Positions 17,960 through 25,713 of a stretch of DNA of 32,000 nt are shown here, piece after piece (position 1 is the stretch's first letter; each line of letters begins with the position of its first letter). Made by a program: the position numbers and the translations under genes. This DNA is from Delftia acidovorans NBRC 14950. GTDB taxonomy: Bacteria; Pseudomonadota; Gammaproteobacteria; Burkholderiales; Burkholderiaceae_C. Below the pieces are notes generated by a model. It worked only from the letters and a program-made list of their open reading frames with translations. It was not told the DNA's origin and made no database searches. The stretch is from positions 210,001-242,000 of the forward strand of contig NZ_BCZP01000002.1 of the NCBI RefSeq assembly GCF_001598795.1, in the 5' to 3' direction.

Positions 17960-19024
17960 TCAGGCGTATAGAGGCTCTTCCTGCATGGCCTCGATCTGCT
18001 CGTTGAGCATGTCCACCTGCCCGCGCCAGTAGTCGGGCGTGCCGAACCAGGGGAAGTTGATGGCAAAGATCGGGTCGTCCTGGCGCCGCGCCAGCCAGGC
18101 GCTGTAGTGGATCAGGCGCAGCGTGCGCAGCGGCTCGATCAGGGCCAGCTCGCGGCGGTCGAAGGGCCGGAACTGTTCGTACCCATCCAGCAGGGCGCCC
18201 AGCTGGCGCGTGCGCTGGCCCCGGTCGCCCGACAGCAGCATCCACAGGTCCTGCACGGCCGGGCCCGTGCGCGCATCGTCCAGGTCCACGAAATGCGGGC
18301 CGCCGCGGCCTTCGTCGTCCAGCGGCGTCCACAGCACGTTGCCGGGATGGCAGTCGCCATGCAGGCGCAGCGTGCGCGCGCTGTGCAGGCCGAAGTGGCC
18401 GGCTGCGCTCAGGCCGTCGGCAGCGGGTGCCATCAGGTCCAGGGCGCGCTGGCAGGCGGCCTTCCAGGTGGATTCCACTTCCAGCGGAATCATTTGCCGG
18501 TCCAGCAGCCACTGCATGGAGTCGTGGCCGAAGGTGGCCAGGTCCAGCGCCGGCCGGTGCGCAAAGGGCCGGGCCGCTCCCACGGTATGGATGCGTGCCA
18601 GGAAGCGCCCGGTCCACTCCAGCACCTCGAAGTCGTCCAGCTCGGGCGGACGGCCTCCGCGCCAGGGGCTGACCGAGAAATCAAAGCCCGCGTGGCTGTG
18701 CAGCGTGGCGCCTTCCAGCACCAGCGGGGGCACGGCGGGCACTTCGGCGGCCGTCAGCTCGGCGCTGAAGGCGTGCTCTTCCAGGATTTGCGCGCGGCTC
18801 CAGCGGCCCGGGCGGTAGAACTTGAGCACGACGCGATCGCCGTCTTCCAGTACGGCCTGGTAGACGCGGTTCTCGTAGGAGGCCAGGGCCGTGAGCCGGC
18901 CGTCGCCCCACAGGCCGACCGAGGCCAGGGCGTCGAGCACCACGTCGGGCGTGAGGCGGGCATAGGCGTGCGAGTCGTCGTCGGGGACGACATTCAGATC
19001 AGGATCGTGCGGTGTGGCGGACAT
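17960..19024 (-). CDS. srkA: Stress-response Ser/Thr kinase SrkA/RdoA (YihE family)
   Basis: 354 aa from MSATPHDP... Contains LASYENRVYQ, LKFYRPGRWS, LHGDCHPGNVLW and FVDLDDA motifs typical of the YihE family. Confidence 0.85.
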   Translation of the reverse strand: MSATPHDPDLNVVPDDDSHAYARLTPDVVLDALASVGLWGDGRLTALASYENRVYQAVLEDGDRVVLKFYRPGRWSRAQILEEHAFSAELTAAEVPAVPPLVLEGATLHSHAGFDFSVSPWRGGRPPELDDFEVLEWTGRFLARIHTVGAARPFAHRPALDLATFGHDSMQWLLDRQMIPLEVESTWKAACQRALDLMAPAADGLSAAGHFGLHSARTLRLHGDCHPGNVLWTPLDDEGRGGPHFVDLDDARTGPAVQDLWMLLSGDRGQRTRQLGALLDGYEQFRPFDRRELALIEPLRTLRLIHYSAWLARRQDDPIFAINFPWFGTPDYWRGQVDMLNEQIEAMQEEPLYA

Positions 19025-19832
19025 GGGGCGATTGTCGCCGGGCTGGCTTAAGCTGTGCGGCTGCCTAGCCTTCGCCGATTCGCCCGCCGTGCCGCTGCTG
19101 CCCCATTTCCTGCAATCCCATGCCATAGCAAGCGCCAGCGCCAGCGCCAGCTCCAGTGCAGCAGGCGCATCCGACGACTGGAGCGGCTGGCACCTGGGCC
19201 GGCGCCGCTATGCGGTCTGGGTGCTGGAGCTCCATGCGATGGGCCCTGCCGAGGGCGAAGCCGTGCGCCGCGCCTGTGCGCAGGCGCGCCAGGCCCTGGC
19301 CGCTGCGCTGGTTCCGCGATACGAGCGGCAGCTGCATGTGACCCTGGCCACGGCCGGCTTTCTGGATGGCGATGCGGCCCTGCCGGATGCCTACGGCGCG
19401 GCGGAACTATCGCGCGACTTGCACGCGCTGCAGGACCTGCCGGCCGCACCGCTGCAACTGGAATTCGGCGGCTGGAGCAGTTTCGAGATGGCGCCGTATC
19501 TGCAGGTGCGCGACCGCAGCCAGGGCGGGCCCACGCTGGGCATGCTGCATGGTGCACTCAGGTCGGCAAGACCCGGGCTGGCGCTGACCGAAGCACTGCG
19601 CCCCTACGTGCCCCATGTGACGCTGGGCGCCTGGAACGCCGCCTGGCCACGCGCCCAGGTGCTGCAATGGATAAGCGGCCTGCCGGTGCTGGAGCACTGG
19701 CAGGCCGCCGTGGGCGAGATCGCGCTGGTCAGCTATGCAGCCGACGCCTTGCACGGCCCGCTGACCTGCCATGCACGCTACGACCTCCGGGGTCGCAGGC
19801 TGCAATGGCGGGAGCGGCCGGGCTGGGCCTGA
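19023..19832 (+). CDS. 2H phosphoesterase superfamily (LigT-like) protein; the start codon is uncertain
   Basis: Two H-x-T-x motifs (QLHVTLATAGF and PHVTLGAWN) at the spacing expected for 2H enzymes. The catalytic core begins near 19200. Candidate starts are GTG 19014, ATG 19023 and TTG 19032. Confidence 0.5.
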   Translation: MGRLSPGWLKLCGCLAFADSPAVPLLPHFLQSHAIASASASASSSAAGASDDWSGWHLGRRRYAVWVLELHAMGPAEGEAVRRACAQARQALAAALVPRYERQLHVTLATAGFLDGDAALPDAYGAAELSRDLHALQDLPAAPLQLEFGGWSSFEMAPYLQVRDRSQGGPTLGMLHGALRSARPGLALTEALRPYVPHVTLGAWNAAWPRAQVLQWISGLPVLEHWQAAVGEIALVSYAADALHGPLTCHARYDLRGRRLQWRERPGWA

Positions 19833-20249
19833 TCAGACCAGGGTGATCTGCACGTCGATGTTGCCGCGCGTGGCGTTGGAGTAGGGGCAGACCTGGTGGG
19901 CTGCGTCCACCAGGGCCTGGGCGGCGGCCTTGTCCATGCCGGGCAGGCTGACCTTCAGGCGGGCAGCGATGCCGTAGGCGTTGGGGATGGTGCCCAGGTC
20001 CACTTCTGCGTCGATGGACAGGTCCTGCGGCAGGCTGATCTTCTGCTTGCCGGCCACGGCCTTGATGGCGCCGATGAAGCAGGCCGAGTAGCCTGCGGCG
20101 AACAGTTGCTCGGGATTGGTGCCCGTGCCGCTGGTGCCTGGCGAGGAAAGGGTCACGTCCAGGCGTCCGTCATCGGTGCGCGAGGCGCCGTCGCGGCCGC
20201 CGGTGGTGTGGGCACGTGCGGTGTACAGGACTTTTTCGAGCTGGGCCAT
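19833..20249 (-). CDS. ohr: Organic hydroperoxide resistance protein Ohr
   Basis: 138 aa, MAQLEKVLYTARAHTTGGRDG...NPEQLFAAGYSACF...HQVCPYSNATRGNI. SD aaggaag lies upstream. Confidence 0.93.
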   Translation of the reverse strand: MAQLEKVLYTARAHTTGGRDGASRTDDGRLDVTLSSPGTSGTGTNPEQLFAAGYSACFIGAIKAVAGKQKISLPQDLSIDAEVDLGTIPNAYGIAARLKVSLPGMDKAAAQALVDAAHQVCPYSNATRGNIDVQITLV

Positions 20250-20313
20250 GGTGTCTTCCTTTTGCAAAGTTGTCCGGCTGTGCGGACGGGTGGAGGAAAT
20301 CGGCAATCCGTTG

Positions 20314-20781
20314 TCAGTCGCTGCGGCGCGGCGCCAGCCGCTCGCGCAGTGCGCCGAGTTGCTGCGTCAGCGCCTGCAACTCGGGCAGCGTGCACTGCGT
20401 GCTTTGCAGCACGCAGGCGGGAATCTTTTCAGCCGCATCGCGCAGTGCCCGGCCTTGCGGGGTGAGCGTGATGCGCACGCGGCGCTCGTCCTGCGCATCG
20501 CGCACCCGCTCCAGCAGGTTCGCGCCTTCGAGCCGCTTGAGCAGCGGCGTCAGCGTGCCCGAATCCAGGGTCAGCTGCTCGCCGATCTCCGACACGGTCA
20601 GGCCGTCGCGCTCCCACAGCACCAGCATCACCAGGTACTGCGGATAGGTCAGGCCGATGCCGTCGAGCAGGGGCTTGTAGAGCTTGGTCATGGCCAGCGA
20701 CGCCGAGTACAGCGCAAAGCAGACCTGGTTGTCCAGGCGCAGAAGCTCGGGGGTGTTGGTGGGCAGGGCGTTGCGTGGCAT
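20314..20781 (-). CDS. ohrR: MarR-family organic peroxide sensor/repressor OhrR
   Basis: 155 aa from [27 protein letters not shown] (sensing Cys), then ...[14 protein letters not shown]...[12 protein letters not shown]. It lies directly upstream of ohr. Confidence 0.88.
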   Translation of the reverse strand: MPRNALPTNTPELLRLDNQVCFALYSASLAMTKLYKPLLDGIGLTYPQYLVMLVLWERDGLTVSEIGEQLTLDSGTLTPLLKRLEGANLLERVRDAQDERRVRITLTPQGRALRDAAEKIPACVLQSTQCTLPELQALTQQLGALRERLAPRRSD

Positions 20782-20799
20782 GGGTTGAATTATTGCTGT

Positions 20800-20825
20800 C
20801 AATTAAATTGTGCACAACTTAATTG
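20800..20825. promoter_or_regulatory. OhrR-type operator: 26-bp near-perfect AT-rich palindrome overlapping a candidate ohrR promoter
   Basis: CAATTAAATTGTGCACAACTTAATTG (24 of 26 positions self-complementary). As I recall, it resembles the B. subtilis ohrA operator unit TACAATTAAATTGTA. On the minus strand TTGTGC-17 nt-AATAAT places the -10 at 20789-20794, only 7 nt before the ATG. Confidence 0.6.
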
Positions 20826-20832
20826 ATGAAAT

Positions 20833-20849
20833 CCCTCCAGATCGGAGGG
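20833..20849 (-). terminator. Possible weak terminator after the crotonase gene
   Basis: The minus strand reads ccctcc-gatct-ggaggg, followed by atttcat. Confidence 0.3.
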
Positions 20850-20874
20850 GGAAGATCGGGAGGGCGAGAAAGGC

Positions 20875-21690
20875 CTATCGGCCCGTGAAGCGCGCGGGGC
20901 GTTTCTCGATGAAGGAGCGCACGCCTTCGGCGGCATCCTCGCTGCTGGCCAGGCGCTGCTGCACGGGAATGAAGTCGGCCACGGCGGCGGCCTGGCCCAG
21001 CTCGATGGCCTTGAGCACATTGAGCCGCGTGGCCACCACGGCCTGCGGGGCCTGGGCGGCAATGCGCTCGGCAATGCGCAGGGCCTCGGCCAGTTCCTGA
21101 CCGGCCGGCACCACCTTCTGCACGAAGTTCAGGCGATAGGCCTCGGCGCTGTCGAACTCATCGGCCGTGAGCAGGTGCAGCATGGCATTGCCCACGCCCG
21201 CACGCTCGGCCATGCGCAGCGTGGCGCCGCCCGTGGGCATGATGCAGCGCTGCACTTCCAGCTGGGAAAAGCGGCAGTCATCGGCCGCGACCACGATGTC
21301 GGCGCCCAGCATCAGCTCGATGCCCACCGTGAAGCAAATGCCCTTGACCGCCACCACCATGGGCTTGGCGCGGCGCCGGTAGCCGACCAGGCCGTAGTCG
21401 TGCGGCTCCACCAGGCCTTGCGGGATGGCCTTCCTGCCCGAGCGCAAGTACTCCGCCATCACCGGCAGGTCCAGCCCCGCCGTGAAATGGCTGCCAAACG
21501 CATGCAGCACGCCCACGCGCAACTCCGGATCGTCGTCCAGGCGCGTATAGGCCTCGGCCAGCTGCTGGAACATGGGCGGCGTCCAGCCGTTGCGCTTGGC
21601 GGGGCGGTTGATCCCGATCAGCAGCACATGGCCGCGCACTTCGCAGCTGATGCAGCCTTCGGGCGGCGGGGTGGGGGTGTTGATGTCCAT
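20875..21690 (-). CDS. Enoyl-CoA hydratase/isomerase (crotonase) family protein
   Basis: 271 aa, LLIGINRPAKRNG...FTAGLDL...VAVKGICFTVGIELMLGADIVVAADD.RF. SD ggaga lies upstream. Confidence 0.85.
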   Translation of the reverse strand: MDINTPTPPPEGCISCEVRGHVLLIGINRPAKRNGWTPPMFQQLAEAYTRLDDDPELRVGVLHAFGSHFTAGLDLPVMAEYLRSGRKAIPQGLVEPHDYGLVGYRRRAKPMVVAVKGICFTVGIELMLGADIVVAADDCRFSQLEVQRCIMPTGGATLRMAERAGVGNAMLHLLTADEFDSAEAYRLNFVQKVVPAGQELAEALRIAERIAAQAPQAVVATRLNVLKAIELGQAAAVADFIPVQQRLASSEDAAEGVRSFIEKRPARFTGR

Positions 21691-21788
21691 GGTTGTCTCC
21701 TGCGCATGGACCTTAGAGCAGGCCGCTGGAGGGCGCAGTCGCGCAGAAGACGGCAGGCCCGTGCGGGCCGGCAGGCAAAGGCCGTGTA

Positions 21789-22637
21789 TCAGTAGCTGTA
21801 CACGCCGCGGCCCGTCTTGCGGCCCAGGCGGCCGGCGGCGACCATTTCCTTGAGCAGGGGGCAGGCGCGGTACTTGCTGTCGCCGAATTCCTTGAGGTAG
21901 ACCTCCATCACGGCCAGGCACACGTCCAGGCCGATCATGTCGGCCAGGGCCAGCGGGCCGATGGGCTGGTTGCAGCCCAGCTTCATGCCGGCGTCGATGT
22001 CCTCGGCCGATGCCAGGCCTTCGGCCAGCACGAAGAAGGCCTCGTTGATCATGGGCACCAGGATGCGGTTGACCACGAAGCCGGGGGCGTTCTTGACGGT
22101 GATGGGGCTCTTGCCCAGGCGCTCGGACAGTTCCTTGACCGTGGCGTGCGTCTCGTCGCTGGTCTGCAGGCCGACGATGATCTCCACCAGCGCCATCATG
22201 GGCACGGGGTTGAAGAAGTGCATGCCGATGAACTTGTCGGCACGGCCCGTCACGGCGGCCAGCTGGGTGATGGAGATGGACGAGGTGTTGGTGGCGACGA
22301 TGACGTCGGCATCCAGCAGGGCGTCCAGCTGCTTGAGGATCTTGACCTTGAGCTCGTAGTTCTCGGTGGCGGCCTCGATGACCAGTTGCGCGCCCTTCAG
22401 TGCCGCGTAGTCGGTCGATGTCTTGATGCGGGCCAGGGCGGCGGTCTTCTCTGCCTCGGTCAGCTTTTCCTTCTTGATCAGGCGGTCCAGGCTGCCCGAG
22501 ACGGTGGCCACGCCCTTCTGGACGGCGGCCTCAGAGATGTCCACCATGACCACGTCGATGCCCGATACCGCGCAGGCCTGCGCGATGCCGTTGCCCATGG
22601 TGCCTGCGCCGATGATGCCTACGGTTTGAATTGCCAT
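21789..22637 (-). CDS. hbd: 3-hydroxybutyryl-CoA dehydrogenase (3-hydroxyacyl-CoA dehydrogenase family)
   Basis: 282 aa, MAIQTVGIIGAGTMGNGIAQ...ATNTSSISIT...GMHFFNPVPMM.LVE...PGFVVNRIL. Confidence 0.92.
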   Translation of the reverse strand: MAIQTVGIIGAGTMGNGIAQACAVSGIDVVMVDISEAAVQKGVATVSGSLDRLIKKEKLTEAEKTAALARIKTSTDYAALKGAQLVIEAATENYELKVKILKQLDALLDADVIVATNTSSISITQLAAVTGRADKFIGMHFFNPVPMMALVEIIVGLQTSDETHATVKELSERLGKSPITVKNAPGFVVNRILVPMINEAFFVLAEGLASAEDIDAGMKLGCNQPIGPLALADMIGLDVCLAVMEVYLKEFGDSKYRACPLLKEMVAAGRLGRKTGRGVYSY

Positions 22638-22793
22638 GACTGTCAGTCTCCTCAAACGAACAAAGTGAATGCGAACGTGAATGTGATCCGGCGATCGTAG
22701 CGGGATTCGGAGCATCCACCGGGTTTGCCCCGGCTTGCGGCGCCGCACAGGCGACTGCAACAGTGGATGGCTACACCGCAGGGGAGGGGAGAC

Positions 22794-24386
22794 ATGCTGG
22801 ATTTCATCGTGATCGGAGGGGGATCGGCGGGCTCGGTGCTGGCCGGGCGGCTCAGCGAGGATGCCGAGACGCAGGTGGCGCTGCTGGAGGCCGGGCCGGC
22901 CGACTCCAGCGTGCTCATCCACTGTCCGGCGGGCATGGCCGCCATGGCCAAGGGCGGGCGCCACAGCTGGGGCCTGTCCACCGTGCCCCAGTCGGGCCTG
23001 GACGGGCGGCGTGGCCACCAGCCGCGCGGCAAGGTGCTGGGCGGCTCCAGCGCGGTCAACGCCATGGTCTATGTGCGCGGCCAGCCGGCCGACTATGACC
23101 ACTGGGCGGCCCAGGGCAACCCGGGCTGGAGCTGGAGCGAGGTGTTGCCCTATTTCCTGCGCGCCGAACACAACGAACGCGGCGCCGATGCCTGGCATGG
23201 CGCGGGCGGGCCGCTGAACGTGGCCGACCTGCGCGATCCCAACCCGTTGTCCCGGGCCTTCGTGCAGGCGGGCGTGCAGGCCGGCCATGCGCACAACGCG
23301 GATTTCAACGGCCAGGCGCAGGAGGGCGTGGGCCTGTACCAGGTCACCCAGCGCAACGGCGAGCGCCACCACGTCGCCAAGGCCTATCTGGCGCCGCACC
23401 GTGCCAGGCCCAATCTGCGCGTGGAAACGGGTGCGCAGGTGCTGCGCATTCTGTTCGAGCGCCGGCGCGCCGTGGGCGTGGAGTACCTGCAGGGCGGTAC
23501 GGTGCAGCAACTGCACTGCCGGCGCGAGGTGCTGCTTTGCGGCGGCGCACTGCTGTCGCCGCAGCTGCTGATGCTGTCTGGCGTGGGGCCGGGCGATCAC
23601 CTGCGTTCGCTGGGCATCGATGTGGTCCACCATCTGCCCGGCGTGGGCGCCCATCTGCATGACCACCCGGATGTGGTGCTGGTGGTCGATGGCGCGCAGC
23701 TGACCGACAGCTTCGGCCTGTCACTGGGCGGTGCGCGCAGATTGCTGGCTGCCGTGGGCCAATGGCGCAGCCAGCGGCGCGGCATGCTGACCACCAACTT
23801 CGCCGAGGCGGGCGGCTTCATCCGCAGCAGCCCTGGCGAGCCTGCGCCCGATCTGCAACTGCACTTCGTCGTCGCCAAGCTGGTGGACCATGGGCGCAAG
23901 ACGGTCTGGGGCCATGGCTATTCGCTGCATGTCTGCGTGCTGCAGCCGGCCAGCCGCGGCAGCCTGCGCCTGGCCAGTGCCGACCCGCTGGCCCTGCCGC
24001 TGGTGGACCCGGCCTTCTTCTCCGACGCGCAGGACCTGCGGCGCATGGTGAACGGCGTGCGCCGCGCCCACGAGATCCTGGCCCAGCCGGCGCTGGCGGC
24101 CCTGGGCGGGCGCGAGATGCCGGCCTCGGCCAGCGCGCAGGACGATGCGGGCATCGAGGCCTTCATTCGCAGCCATGCCGACACCATCTACCATCCCGTG
24201 GGCAGCTGCCGCATGGGGCCGGGGCCCATGGACGTGGTCGATGCGCAGCTGCGTGTCTACGGCATCAAGGGCCTGCGCGTGGTCGATGCCTCGGTCATGC
24301 CGCGCATCGTCAGCGGCAACACCAATGCGCCCACGGTGATGATCGCGGAGAAGGCCGTGGACATGATCCGCGGGGGAGCCCTCTAG
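22794..24386 (+). CDS. GMC-family FAD oxidoreductase (choline/alcohol dehydrogenase-like)
   Basis: 530 aa, MLDFIVIGGGSAGSVLAGRLSED...GKVLGGSSAVNAMVYVRG...HPVGSCRMG...VVDASVMP. SD gggagggg lies upstream. Confidence 0.9.
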   Translation: MLDFIVIGGGSAGSVLAGRLSEDAETQVALLEAGPADSSVLIHCPAGMAAMAKGGRHSWGLSTVPQSGLDGRRGHQPRGKVLGGSSAVNAMVYVRGQPADYDHWAAQGNPGWSWSEVLPYFLRAEHNERGADAWHGAGGPLNVADLRDPNPLSRAFVQAGVQAGHAHNADFNGQAQEGVGLYQVTQRNGERHHVAKAYLAPHRARPNLRVETGAQVLRILFERRRAVGVEYLQGGTVQQLHCRREVLLCGGALLSPQLLMLSGVGPGDHLRSLGIDVVHHLPGVGAHLHDHPDVVLVVDGAQLTDSFGLSLGGARRLLAAVGQWRSQRRGMLTTNFAEAGGFIRSSPGEPAPDLQLHFVVAKLVDHGRKTVWGHGYSLHVCVLQPASRGSLRLASADPLALPLVDPAFFSDAQDLRRMVNGVRRAHEILAQPALAALGGREMPASASAQDDAGIEAFIRSHADTIYHPVGSCRMGPGPMDVVDAQLRVYGIKGLRVVDASVMPRIVSGNTNAPTVMIAEKAVDMIRGGAL

Positions 24387-25651
24387 GTGCCTGGCGTGCG
24401 CCCGTGCGCCATGGCCTGCTCCGGGATGGAGGCCGACGGCTGCGGCCCCTGCTCCTCGGACGCGGCCACCGGACTCAGCCGCACCTGCGTCCAGCAGTCG
24501 CGCCCGCGGCGCTTGGCGGCGTAGAGGGCGGCGTCTGCGGGGGCCAGCATCAGCTCCAGGCACAGGCCGTTCCAGGCCTGGGGTGCGTGGGCGCAGCCGG
24601 CGCTGAAGCGCACTTCGAAGCCCAGCACCTTGCGCGAGGCCTGCAGCAGCGCGGACTGCAGGCGGGTGCACAGGGTGTCCACGCCATCGTCCGTGGTGTA
24701 GAGCAGCAGACAGAACTCTTCGCCGCCCCAGCGCGCGGCGATTTCGTCGCTGCGCAGCTGCTGCTGCAGCAGGCGGGCGAACAGGCACAGCGTCTGGTCG
24801 CCCACGGCGTGGCCGTGCTCGTCGTTGACATGCTTGAAGTGGTCCAGGTCCAGCATCACCAGGGCCAGGGCCTGGCGGTGGCGCTGGGCATGGGCCAGCA
24901 TGGCGGGTGCGCGCTCCAGCAGGGCGCGGCGGTTGGGCAGCCCGGTGAGCATGTCCTGCAAGGCCAGGTCGCGCAGTTGCTGGCTGGTCTCGTCGCGCCA
25001 GGCCACGAGCACGGCCACCATGAGCAGCGTGCTGCTCAGCGTGGTCAGCAGGGCGAAGATCTGGTTGGCGCCGCTGTCCGCGGTGAAGCTGGGCAGGAAG
25101 GGTGTGGCCAGGGCCAGGTAGCTGCGCACGAACAGCATCAGCCCCATGAAGGCGGCCACGCCGCACATCAGGTAGCGCCAGCTGCGCGCCACGGGCCGCT
25201 GTGGGTCCAGGCACAGGCCGGCCAGCGCCATCAGGCACAGGCCATGGACGGCGCTGAACCAGCCGGTGCGCAGGGCCGCCTGGGGCAGCAGCAGCGCAAA
25301 GCCCAGCGGCCCCAGCACGCACAGCGCGATCAGGCCGCGTTCCAGCAGCATCGGGCGCGGCCCCAGCCATTCACGCAGGGCGCGCGCCATCTGCCACTGG
25401 GCGGTGGCGGCCAACGCCGCCGCGCCCAGCGACAGCAGGTCACGTCCCATCAGGCCGTGGGGCAGGCGGCTGGCGATCAGGATGAGGGTCCAGGCCAGGG
25501 CCTGCATCAGGAAGAAGTGCTGCGCATGGCGCGCCGCACCGCTGACGCGCCGCCCCATGGCCAGCGGCAGGGCGGCCGACATGGCCATCATGTTGATGGC
25601 CACGACGGCGGTCATGGAGAAAAAGTCCAGGGTGGGCAGCGTGGATGGCAT
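24383..25651 (-). CDS. Integral-membrane diguanylate cyclase (multi-TM N-terminal domain + GGDEF)
   Basis: 422 aa. About 6-7 hydrophobic helices, then LTGLPNRRAL...DLDHFKHVNDEHGHAVGD...GGEEF. The I-site position reads RSDE, so it is degenerate. Confidence 0.85.
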   Translation of the reverse strand: MPSTLPTLDFFSMTAVVAINMMAMSAALPLAMGRRVSGAARHAQHFFLMQALAWTLILIASRLPHGLMGRDLLSLGAAALAATAQWQMARALREWLGPRPMLLERGLIALCVLGPLGFALLLPQAALRTGWFSAVHGLCLMALAGLCLDPQRPVARSWRYLMCGVAAFMGLMLFVRSYLALATPFLPSFTADSGANQIFALLTTLSSTLLMVAVLVAWRDETSQQLRDLALQDMLTGLPNRRALLERAPAMLAHAQRHRQALALVMLDLDHFKHVNDEHGHAVGDQTLCLFARLLQQQLRSDEIAARWGGEEFCLLLYTTDDGVDTLCTRLQSALLQASRKVLGFEVRFSAGCAHAPQAWNGLCLELMLAPADAALYAAKRRGRDCWTQVRLSPVAASEEQGPQPSASIPEQAMAHGRTPGT

Positions 25652-25713
25652 GTGCGTCCCTGGATGGCGGTGCGAAGCGTGGCCCGAGGCAGGAGGTGGC
25701 CGGTGGCGGGGCG

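Noticed and set aside
20800-20802. TTG start for ohrR, giving the 162-aa ORF in the track
   Set aside because: That codon is the TTG of a TTGACA-like hexamer inside the operator palindrome. The ATG at 20781 gives a normal-length OhrR and leaves the operator upstream of the gene.
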